Shown here piece after piece: positions 10,292 through 19,110 of a stretch of 64,000 nucleotides of DNA (its first letter is position 1; each line of letters opens with the position of its first letter). The stretch is from Bdellovibrionales bacterium (GTDB taxonomy: Bacteria > Bdellovibrionota > Bdellovibrionia > Bdellovibrionales > UBA1609): assembly GCA_965219095.1 (NCBI GenBank), contig CBDCMT010000001.1:512001-576000 (forward strand). Direction: 5' to 3'. Under the pieces are notes generated by a model, which was given only the letters and a program-made list of their open reading frames with translations, made no database searches and was not told where the DNA came from. The translations under genes and the position numbers were made by a program.

Positions 10292-10803
10292 ATGTATGAT
10301 CACTATATAGTGCTTCCGTTTAAGTTTTCAGGTTTTTTCTCTAGAGAATCGACCTGAGAATCTAAGCGTATTCACTATATAGCCGTAGATTGTGCACAAA
10401 GTAACATGGCCATTTCAAGGATGACAGGCAAATCAAAAGATATTAAGACTATGGATACGATTTCAGATCTTGGGAATCTTCGTGCCTATTTAAAAACTCT
10501 GAAAGGTAAGAAGATATTGACTATCGAAGAGACTACGACTTCACAGTGGTTGTATTCAGAATTAAAGGATAGTGTTGATGAACTCATAGTCTGTGATCCT
10601 CTTCGGAACAGACTTTTAAGTGAGGGAGCTAAAACTGACAAAATTGATGCTGAAAAACTGGTTTTATTGTTACGTTCTGGTCTTTTGAAACCAGTCTTTC
10701 ACTCAGGTGATGAATTCATTTACCTTCGTAAGATTGTCAGTGGATATGAAGATGTGGTTAAAGCAGGAGTTCGTGTTAAAAACCAAAGATCAGCTCTATT
10801 TCG
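10292..10803 (+). pseudogene. IS110-family transposase N-terminal (DEDD) fragment, interrupted by a MITE
   Basis: RBS AGGAGG. After MITE removal it reads MYDHYIAVD...TIEETT...KTDKIDA. It stops at the element end GTAACTCGG (10804). Confidence 0.8.
10308..10377. mobile_element. 70-bp MITE related to IS630 type B ends
   Basis: TAGTGCTTCCGTTT...GCGTATTCACTA with TA duplication. An inverted, diverged copy lies at 62221-62289. Confidence 0.85.
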
Positions 10804-10834
10804 GTAACTCGGTTATCTGACCGCCCTATCCAAG

Positions 10835-10889
10835 CCTAAAGAAAAAGGAAACCTTCTTATCAATAAAGAAGGTTTCCTTTTTCTTTAGG
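10835..10889. repeat. Perfect 24-bp-stem hairpin
   Basis: CCTAAAGAAAAAGGAAACCTTCTT-ATCAATA-AAGAAGGTTTCCTTTTTCTTTAGG. Confidence 0.85.
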
Positions 10890-10892
10890 GTT

Positions 10893-11123
10893 TCAATCAT
10901 AGCCTAAAGGGAGGCTTCCTCCATTCCATAAACCCCTCTTGGCACGGCTCAACCAATTAGCACTGATTCTTTCACTTGTCTGCTTTCTTTCAAACTGAGC
11001 AAAATTCATCAAGTTAAAGACCATCATCTCACCTGCGGCTGTAGTGGTGTCAAACTGCTCTCTTAAGGTTACAAACTGAGTCTTATGTTTTTTGAAAAAA
11101 TCCCAAAGCTCACAAAAGTCCTT
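10893..11123 (-). pseudogene. Large serine recombinase internal fragment
   Basis: FVTLREQFDTTTAAGEMM...FAQFERKQTSERI...RGLWNGG..PLGYD. Confidence 0.85.
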
Positions 11124-11453
11124 TTGCCAAGGTTGATTAATAATGGTTTCATATTCGCTTCCTAAAGATTCTTGATCAATAGTTAGTCGACTTTTTAAAT
11201 ATTCACATACCTTATTTGACATCTTATTTTTTGCTACTGAAAAAACATCCTTTAAAGGCGAGCCATCAAAATTAATGTCATGGTATATAAGATGCCATAT
11301 TTCTTCAGTTAACTCTTTAGATGTTGGCAAAGTTCTTCCTAATTTATTTTTTGCTCCTAAAGAAAATCCAGCTCCAGTGAAAAGGATCAGATTAGCACTT
11401 GAAAGTTTCTGTTTCAAGTAACTTATAAGATTACTTTTTTTTTGTTTATCCAT
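11121..11453 (-). pseudogene. SIR2-family (defence-type) protein N-terminal fragment
   Basis: LILFTGAGFS...LPTSKEL. It ends just before the expected TTNYD motif, where it joins the recombinase fragment. Confidence 0.8.
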
Positions 11454-12150
11454 TCAATATTTTCAGAAATTTTTTTTAATTTCTTACTCCCAGCCGGTTT
11501 CCATTAAAATACGAAAAACCATCTTTTCTTCATCTTTTGATGCCGTCTCTACTGTCCCTACATCAACAGGATTGTTAGCATACTTTTCTAAAAGTTCAAA
11601 AAGTTTTCCTTTGTATCCAATATCATCATTGCCCTTCAAATGATCCCCTTTGGTTTCTAATACAGAAACCTTATGAGAGCCATCAGAGTTCACACAGGCT
11701 ATAAAATCAGGATATACCTTTCTTTTCTGCCAGCCTGGGAGATAATAATCCTGTTTTGCAACCATTCTATGCCACCATTTTAAAGCTTCTCGTTCATCTA
11801 AATACCATGCCACGTGTTTTTCAAATTCATTGTAATGTCTTTCATATGTGTCTTCAAATAGAGATAGTTGCAGGTTTTTTGCGTTTCTCTTTCTTAGGAC
11901 TTTATCGTTTTGTGAAATTAAATATTCAATTTTATGTGCCATTTTCCAGTTAAGATCAAAAGAATTTTTAAAGATTTTAAAACATATAGTGCTTCCGTTT
12001 AGGTTTTCAGGTTCCTAAGATGGAGAAGTTATCAGTTATCAAAGTTTCTAATTTAGGCCTGTGGTTTCGTATTCCTCTAAAAAATTGACTTAAACTTCCC
12101 TTGAAATCGTCATAGTTTTCATAATATCGATTCGCCGTGACCTCTTTTTT

Positions 12151-12544
12151 CCCGACTTCAGCGTTTTCCACTACTAAAACTTCATAAAAGTGTGCGAGCT
12201 ATGTTTAGAACAGAGTTGGGGGGTATTTTTCCAGACAGTGCATTTGTAGTGTCAGAAATCTTTTTTTGAGGTCTTTTCAAGGCTGGAAATTTCTTTTAAC
12301 ATTTAAATATGTTTGTAAAAAAGATTCCAAGAAAGAATAGTTCTATTTCAGTTCAGATTGTAGAGAACAAGAGAGTGCAGAATAAAGTCATCCAAAAAAC
12401 CATTCAACATTTGGGGCAATATACAGTTTTAACCCCTAAAATCATATAAAAATCCTATAAGGCACCGTTTAAAATGTAGTGATCACGGTTTTGCGTAACT
12501 ACTTGAAATCATTAGATTCTTGAAAAGAAAACGCTGAAGTCGGG
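12151..12544 (+). mobile_element. Internally deleted IS1634-family element with 21-bp target duplication
   Basis: Perfect 18-bp IR CCCGACTTCAGCGTTTTC. DR ATTCGCCGTGACCTCTTTTTT at 12130-12150 and 12545-12565. Encodes MFVKKIPRKN..SVQIVENKR. Confidence 0.85.
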
Positions 12545-12937
12545 ATTCGCCGTGACCTCTTTTTTCATAAACTTCCAAAGTCTTTCTATAGGATTTAAAT
12601 TCGGTGAGTACGGAGGAAGATAAACAAGTTTTATATTCAACTCTTTCGCTAACTTCTTGACAGACTTCGATCTATTGTATCCGGCCCCATCTAAGATAAG
12701 ATGAATCTCTTTTTCATCGGGATGCTTCTTAATGAATATGATAGAGCATATCACATATGGAAACATGGTTAACTGTCTTATAACTCCTGACTACCGTCTT
12801 CAAACTATTGATCTCAATAGCTCCACAAACATTCACTCTTTTTCTCCAGCCTGAATTGGTCTTCACTTCAAACTTCTTACCCTCTCTTATCCAACCATAT
12901 GAAATCGTAGGGCCCCACTCAGGATGTGTGGAATCAG

Positions 12938-13064
12938 CAAAGTAAAACTCACTATGAGAAAATCTTACGGCTTTAGAACCTCTAAAGCTATAAAAATCGC
13001 CTTATATCATAACCTTGGAAAACTGCCAGAACCTCCGGGAACCCACAGATTCTTTTGAGGAGGC
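12938..13064 (+). mobile_element. ISL3 right-end fragment
   Basis: Matches the 3' end of 5303-6822. Joined to IS630-B through the shared sequence CAAAGTAAA. Confidence 0.9.
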
Positions 13065-13791
13065 CTTTTTTCTAACTCCTTTAAAAGCATTTTCTCCTCT
13101 TTCTTAGTTAAAAAGGACCTTTTAGGGTTGTAATTGTCGTTGATTAAGCACTCTATCCCACCTTTGTTATAACGATCTCTACAGGCTCTTATCGTGCCCT
13201 CATCAATGAAAAGAAAGCAGGCAATATCTTTACACAACTTACCTTTATCTAAATGGAGAATTGTCATAATCCTTTTTGCGTATTTAAGATTTTTCTCTAG
13301 AGATAGTTCATAGAGTAAATCTTTTCGCTCTTTTTTTGATAGAAACCCTGACATATGAAACTATTTTTAAAAATAAATGACTTTTTATCAAGGCCTTAGA
13401 ATAAAAACTAGATCTCAACTCAAAAAAAACGGAAAACCTAAGCGGAAGCACTATATAACCTTATCTTGTAATTTCTTAGTAAATAACTTCTCAGAAGCTT
13501 TCTCTATTTGATCTTGCAAGTCTATTTCAATAGCATTTAATACGTAAGATCGATTCAGATAAATTTTTTCATCAGAGATTTTTTTCTTTTTTAGAGAATC
13601 AAAAGTTTCCTCAAGTATTCTTGAGGCCTGCCAAGGGTTTGGTACTATATTAGAAAGTCGTCTAACCATATAAGAAAAATCCATCTCAATAGATTCTTTT
13701 TCTATTTCTGTGTGGACGTAAGGAAGACTGAACTGTCCTCTTTTGTCTTCTATGTCAAGCTTTATATGATTTACCCGAAGGTTATCTATTT

Positions 13792-13871
13792 GTAACTGCT
13801 CACTCTCGTAAGTTTTTATTTAAAGCCATAGATATGGCTTTAAATAAAAACTTACGAGAGTGAGCAGTTAC
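13792..13871. repeat. 80-bp palindrome made of two IS66 right ends
   Basis: 39-bp arm + GA + 39-bp exact reverse complement. The arm is identical to the last 39 bp of IS66. Confidence 0.95.
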
Positions 13872-14031
13872 AAATAATTTAATAAAATGACCTGGATTAA
13901 AGGCTTGAAAATTGTGAAAAAATTTACTGGTCAGAACACTAGCCCCTATTTTATCCGCTACAGCTTGTGAATTGCCAAATCGTTTTATCAAAACTTGTAA
14001 CTCATCAGGGCAAAGAATTATTGGATTTACT

Positions 14032-14072
14032 GTAACTCGATCAGATAACCGAGTTACAGATAACCGAGTTAC
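14032..14072. repeat. Collapsed GTAAC...GTTAC element remnant with a 15-bp tandem repeat
   Basis: GTAACTCGATC-(AGATAACCGAGTTAC)x2, the reverse complement of the end GTAACTCGGTTATCTGA at 10804. Confidence 0.7.
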
Positions 14073-14139
14073 ACTCTTCTAATCAGGGTTTTTAAGTCCC
14101 AGCCTTTCAAAAAAAGGCTGGTCATCCATATTTTCTTTT
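14073..14139. terminator. Dispersed ~67-bp repeat with hairpin, immediately downstream of the SWIM gene
   Basis: CCAGCCTTT-CAAAA-AAAGGCTGG. An inverted copy lies at 23346-23413. Confidence 0.5.
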
Positions 14140-14919
14140 TCATAGACGTCTATTACGCCTATGTTTCTTACGTTTCTTAGATTTGGGCTTTTTGGGATGA
14201 GAAAGTTTAATATCAAACAGGTGAGCTAATTTGTCATCTGAGATGTGGAGGACTTCTTCCCCTCTTAAAGGTACTTTCCTTTGCAGTTCAGTCGTTTCAC
14301 TTGTGATAGCTGATTGAATAAGTTCTTTGATATTGACGCCTCGAAGTTGAAAAAAAAGATCAACATCCTCATCGATTTTTGCTCCTAAAGCGAAAAGTGT
14401 AGCAGATACATGTTTGCACATTGAAGCCCAATCAGGACAAGAGCAGTTAAAGTCGATTTCTTTAAGTATGGGAAAAAGCCCTTCGTTACTGTCAGAAAAG
14501 ACTTTCTCTAATTCCTTAGGGAAATGTCCATCTAAAAGATCAGAAAGGCTGTAAAGATGTTTTTGTGAAAGTTGTTTGATGCTTTTCCACTTTTTTTTGT
14601 TTATTTTTTTCATAGTGATGTTCACATTGTAGATGCGGGAACCCATGACCATGGACTCTATGTGTCCTTCTTGAATGGCTAAGTGAATGACAAAACCATT
14701 TTTGACATAACTTCTACCACGTGGGACTCTATTATCATAGTCGGCATAGCTTTTGAGATGGTGAATCCAAGCTTTACCCCACCAAGATGTGGCTGTCTTG
14801 TTTCCCTCAATAATGACGGGCTTGATGTTTCTTGTCTTCTTCTTCTTCTTTAAGCGGATGATTGCTCTTTGGGCCTTTGCAATTCTTTCACTTATGGGTG
14901 TATATTTTCTAAACCACAT
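14140..14919 (-). CDS. SWIM zinc-finger protein
   Basis: CSCPDWASMCKH, with N-terminal WWGKAW...RGRSY. Confidence 0.92.
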   Translation of the reverse strand: MWFRKYTPISERIAKAQRAIIRLKKKKKTRNIKPVIIEGNKTATSWWGKAWIHHLKSYADYDNRVPRGRSYVKNGFVIHLAIQEGHIESMVMGSRIYNVNITMKKINKKKWKSIKQLSQKHLYSLSDLLDGHFPKELEKVFSDSNEGLFPILKEIDFNCSCPDWASMCKHVSATLFALGAKIDEDVDLFFQLRGVNIKELIQSAITSETTELQRKVPLRGEEVLHISDDKLAHLFDIKLSHPKKPKSKKRKKHRRNRRL

Positions 14920-14921
14920 AA

Positions 14922-17522
14922 CTATAATATTTCCTTATCTACTTTGATTAATTCGATAATCTCACTATCACTCATTTGTGTAAAGTTTATTTCGTGACTT
15001 TTGGCTCCGATTAGCTTTGAGATCATTTTAGTTTTCTCTTCCAACATTTTGTCTATTTTTTCCTCCAAGGTCCCCTTGGTAATTAATTTGTGAACTACCA
15101 CTCGTTTGTGTTGCCCTATCCTAAAAGCACGATCTGTGGCTTGATTCTCTACGGCTGGATTCCACCAACGATCAAAGTGAATCACATGATTGGCTGCTGT
15201 TAGGTTAAGTCCCGTTCCGCCAGCTTTCAGAGAAAGAATAAAATAGGGGGTGTATTTATTATCGCTTTGAAATTGATCCACAAGAGCTTTTCTTTTTCTC
15301 ACAGGAGTTCCACCGTGGAGAACACTTCCCTTTACCTTAGCTAAATCAGATAAAAATTTATTGAGGGGGTGAATAATTTCCTTAAATTGAGTGAAAATAA
15401 GGGCCTTTTCTCTTTTAGCAAAAATAGTTTCGCAGATATCTCGAAGTCGTTCAAACTTACCACTTCCTGATATATGGAAATTGCCTGTACCAAGATATTG
15501 ATCTGCATGGTTACAAATTTGTTTGAATTTAATAAGCGACGAAAGGATGAGTCCCTTTCGTTGAATGCCTTTTGTGTTTTGGAGAGATGACTCTACATAC
15601 TTAACTAATTTTTGATATTGTATAGCTTGCTTCTTGCTAAGGTAAGTGTAGCTTTTAAGTTCAATTTTAGGAGGAAGGTCAGAAATAATACTTTTATCTG
15701 TTTTGATTCGCCTTAAAATATAAGGAGAGATAGTATTTTTAAGGGCTGAAAGCCCCTCTTCTTTGTTGAGTGCTTTTTTAGCAGTTTTTTGAAATTCAGT
15801 CTTTGACCCCAAGATCCCGGGATTAATGAAGTCAAAAAGAGACCACAAATCACTCAAGCGATTTTCAATGGGAGTTCCGGTGAGAGCCAGACGATTCTTT
15901 GCTGAAAGCAATTTGACTGACCTTGTTTGTGATGTAGCTGAATTTTTAATGGCTTGAGCCTCATCTAAAATAACATAGTCCCAGTTTATTTTTTGGAAGA
16001 CATCAAATCGGCGGACAAGCCCATAAGTTGTAAGGACAAGGTTGTAGTCTCTTTGGAGAGTTTTCGTTTTCAGCTTCGTTTCATCAAAGTCTTTATTGGA
16101 TGGGTGAGCTATGAAAAATTTAAGATAAGGAGTAAAATTTAAAATCTCGTTTGCCCAATTTGAAACTAGAGAAGCGGGAAGGATAATCAGATGAAGTCCG
16201 CCGTCTTTACTAACCACTTTTTGCAAAAAAGCAAGAGCTTGAATTGTTTTCCCCAAACCCATATCATCAGCAAGGCAACCTCCCAGACCCAGTGAGTGTA
16301 AAGTGCCTAACCAGTTAAGTCCTTGTTGCTGATAAGGCCGAAGGGTTCCCTTGAACTGTTGAGGAAGAGTCATGTTTTTTATAATTGCCGGGGATTTCAA
16401 TTTATCCATAAGGCCTTTAAGCCACTTCCCTTTGGTTATCGTTACTTCTGAGGTGTCTAGAGTCGCAGAGCCAATTTTCTTTCCGGAAAGCAACTTCATG
16501 GCATCACTAAATGAAATGTTTTGATTCTTCATTAGTTTGCGAATCTGATTCCACTTATCAAGAGCTTTCGCAAGATTGTCTTTATCTATGTTAACCCACT
16601 GCCCTTTTAACAGAATCAACCCATCAGATTCTTTGAGCAATTTTTTTGTTTCTTGTTGGCTTAATTCAACCCCTCCAAGAGATAAATTGATATGAAAGTC
16701 AATTAACGACTTTGTTCCTAAAAGACTCTGATTTTTATGGCCTACCACTAGGTTGGTACTAGCTCTTTTCGATGCGGATTTCCACCAATTGGGTATACGA
16801 CATAGTATTCCGGCCTTATTATAAAGAGGAACCTCCTTTAGAAATTGCTGAGCTTTATTTGGTGACCACTTCAATACATTGAAGATTTGGCCTGAGTCCA
16901 ATAAATTCTTGATAAAAAGAGAAGCCACTGATGCTCTTTTAATCGTTGCAAGTAATTGAAGCATTTTTTCTTGATCTTCAGCAAACTCTTCAAGGGCATA
17001 TCGGAGTGGCCGATAAGTGAGGTCTTTCTCCTTCGTTACATTTGTGAGATAAGTAGCCATAAATGCAAAAGGATATTGGTCACTTTGTTTGTTTTCTACA
17101 AGGTGGAAATAAACCTTTCCCACTAAGTGGATATTGGAATTCAACTGTAGAAAGTACTCTTGGACACTACCTTTAAAGGACTTTAATTCTGCACTTAAGT
17201 GACTTTGTAGGTCTTGCCACCGATCCAATAAACAGTCTTCATTGAGGTACTCCCCTCCTTGCATAAAGGGAGCTTTGTGCAGGAACTCTAGCATTTTGTT
17301 TTTAGATAAAGAAACAGAGAGTTTCTCTCTCAAACCTTTGGTGGTGGGGTCAGTTCTTGCAGACTCGATAAAGTGCTGAGTGAAGTTTGACCAAAATCGC
17401 ACAGAAGGAGAGATTGCTTGGGTTTTTTGAGTCGCTAATGAGAGCAATTTTCCTTCTACGGAACCCTTCAAGGGAGTAGAAAAGGTAATGTATCCGTCTT
17501 CTTTGAGTATAATTTCTTCCAT
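14922..17522 (-). CDS. SNF2-family ATP-dependent helicase/translocase
   Basis: LRPYQ, LADDMGLGKT, DEAQ, LTGTPIEN, SLKAGGTGLNL and QATDRAFRIGQ. Confidence 0.95.
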   Translation of the reverse strand: MEEIILKEDGYITFSTPLKGSVEGKLLSLATQKTQAISPSVRFWSNFTQHFIESARTDPTTKGLREKLSVSLSKNKMLEFLHKAPFMQGGEYLNEDCLLDRWQDLQSHLSAELKSFKGSVQEYFLQLNSNIHLVGKVYFHLVENKQSDQYPFAFMATYLTNVTKEKDLTYRPLRYALEEFAEDQEKMLQLLATIKRASVASLFIKNLLDSGQIFNVLKWSPNKAQQFLKEVPLYNKAGILCRIPNWWKSASKRASTNLVVGHKNQSLLGTKSLIDFHINLSLGGVELSQQETKKLLKESDGLILLKGQWVNIDKDNLAKALDKWNQIRKLMKNQNISFSDAMKLLSGKKIGSATLDTSEVTITKGKWLKGLMDKLKSPAIIKNMTLPQQFKGTLRPYQQQGLNWLGTLHSLGLGGCLADDMGLGKTIQALAFLQKVVSKDGGLHLIILPASLVSNWANEILNFTPYLKFFIAHPSNKDFDETKLKTKTLQRDYNLVLTTYGLVRRFDVFQKINWDYVILDEAQAIKNSATSQTRSVKLLSAKNRLALTGTPIENRLSDLWSLFDFINPGILGSKTEFQKTAKKALNKEEGLSALKNTISPYILRRIKTDKSIISDLPPKIELKSYTYLSKKQAIQYQKLVKYVESSLQNTKGIQRKGLILSSLIKFKQICNHADQYLGTGNFHISGSGKFERLRDICETIFAKREKALIFTQFKEIIHPLNKFLSDLAKVKGSVLHGGTPVRKRKALVDQFQSDNKYTPYFILSLKAGGTGLNLTAANHVIHFDRWWNPAVENQATDRAFRIGQHKRVVVHKLITKGTLEEKIDKMLEEKTKMISKLIGAKSHEINFTQMSDSEIIELIKVDKEIL

Positions 17523-17777
17523 AGTAACCTCGATGTATATTTCATCAGTGTCTTTGCTGGTTATCAGTCTAAGCCAAAATTAAATTAACATGAGGCTTCC
17601 TCTGAGTTTTCACCAAATTGGAGGTTTATCAAAGACCCTGCCTTGAATTTAGTTCAAGCAAAATCGTCTCTCCACATACAGGAAGTTATTCTAATTCACA
17701 TTTATCTTGGTTGCAACTAAAAGTTGGAAAGTAAATGCCAAATTTGACATCTACCGTCTTTCTTTGTTAAGAAGCAA

Positions 17778-17817
17778 ATCTTCCCTTAAAACTGTCCACT
17801 TTTTTGGGGGAAGATCA
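17778..17817. repeat. IS3-type end-only remnant
   Basis: CTGTCCACTTTTTTGGGGGAAGATCA resembles IS3-family right IRs (…CA). A sister copy lies at 62048-62091. Confidence 0.6.
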
Positions 17818-17892
17818 GTTTGTGTGCTCTGACATGTGGAAGTCTTATTTAAAAGTCATAAAGGAGAGGGCAAGTGGAGCTTTACACATATT

Positions 17893-18763
17893 ATACCAAT
17901 TACAGAAATTAATTCGACATTTTCATGTTCAAATTTAAAATTTTAAAATTGACTTAAGGAAAAGTTTCAGTTAGGAGGTTTTAAAAAAACTTCTTTTAAG
18001 GTGAGTTTAAGTTTTCATAAGATAAGTTTATTTCAGGTATATCTATTTGTTGTGTAAATCGATTGATGGGTTAAAATAAGTGTAAAAAAGTGAGGGTAAA
18101 ATTTAAAATGACAAAAATCAGTTACACAATTTAATTTATAGGTTCAAATTAATTTACAAGCTTGATTCATCTTGTTGTTTTGTCCAAGATCGAGTGCATA
18201 ATTTTTTAATCCTGCCCTCCTGATCGCAAAAAGTATTCCAGGCCTCACAACAAGTATTCAGTATATGGTCATAGTTTTTAAAACATGCATTCGATAATTT
18301 GATCCTTCGTAATTGTTGCCAGACTTGTTCCATGGGATTTAATTCTGGACTATAAGGAGGTAAAGGCATCAGGGATAAATTCTTAGGAACTATCAAAGTC
18401 TCTGTGGTATGCCAACTGGCTCTGTCCATTAAAACAATTCCATGATAGTTTTCTTGAATATTTTTAGATATCTCATCTAAGTGAATTTGCATCATCCCTG
18501 AATTACATTCCGGTAAAATCCAAGCACAGCCTTTATCTCTATCCGGACAAACTGCTCCAAAAATATAAGTGGATAAAAATTGTCTTTGTCTCACCACTCT
18601 AGGCCGTGTGCCTTTTCTTGCCCAAATCCTGCTTAAAGAACCTTGCTGGCCTATTCTGCATTCATCCTGCCACCAAATCTCTATTTTATGAGTCTGAATC
18701 TTTTCCTTTATTTTCTCCACCTCTTCTGGAAAATGTTCCTTAAACTGTTCCATAGCTTCTTGT
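17893..18763 (-). mobile_element. IS630 type A, 3' two-thirds (transposase fragment 18154-18753)
   Basis: Near-identical to 279-1149, inverted. It abuts a short ISL3 internal fragment at 17820-17892. Confidence 0.9.
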
Positions 18764-19110
18764 ATGTTTTTTTATAACTCTCAAGTTGTTTTTCCTTGTA
18801 AGTTGCTTCTTCAAGAAAATCTTACAAAGATCTGAGGTGTTTGTTGATATCAGCTAGCCTTTGGCCCTGAAAAAAGTCGAAACTCGGGTTAATAAATCAA
18901 GAGGGAAAGTCCATGAATGATGTTAATAAAGAGCGTTGGAAGAAAAGGTTTGAATATTTTGAAAAGGCCTATCTTTTATTTTCAGAGATTAAAGATCAAG
19001 ACTTCAAAAAAGCCCACAATATTTTAAAAGAAGGATTTGTTCAAAGGTTTGAGTACATTTTTGAGTTATCAAAAAATCTTTTGAATGACTATTTAAAAGA
19101 AGATGGTATA

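Larger units (their letters stand above)
11987..13453 (-). mobile_element. IS630-family element type B, disrupted by nested IS1634 and ISL3 remnants
   Basis: TAGTGCTTCCG...CGGAAGCACTA ends with TA duplication. Near-identical to 19111-20247. Confidence 0.9.
11484..13791 (-). pseudogene. Type III restriction Res-like subunit, C-terminal part, split by IS630-B and 5'-truncated
   Basis: YPDFI...VLETKGDHL PD-(D/E)xK motif. Removing the IS restores ...LQDKVI|CFKIFKNSF...MAHKIEY in frame. Confidence 0.75.

Noticed and set aside
10893..11453. Functional SIR2-recombinase fusion
   Set aside because: Both halves are incomplete (no SIR2 catalytic region, no recombinase Ser nucleophile), so it is a deletion product.
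13800..13991. 63-aa ORF ending in ...MALNKNLRE
   Set aside because: It is created by reading through the IS66 palindrome.
17560..17775. Structured ncRNA or intron remnant (also 52430-52540)
   Set aside because: These are slightly GC-richer intergenic stretches, but no convincing fold or family motif was seen by eye. An Rfam/Infernal search would be needed.
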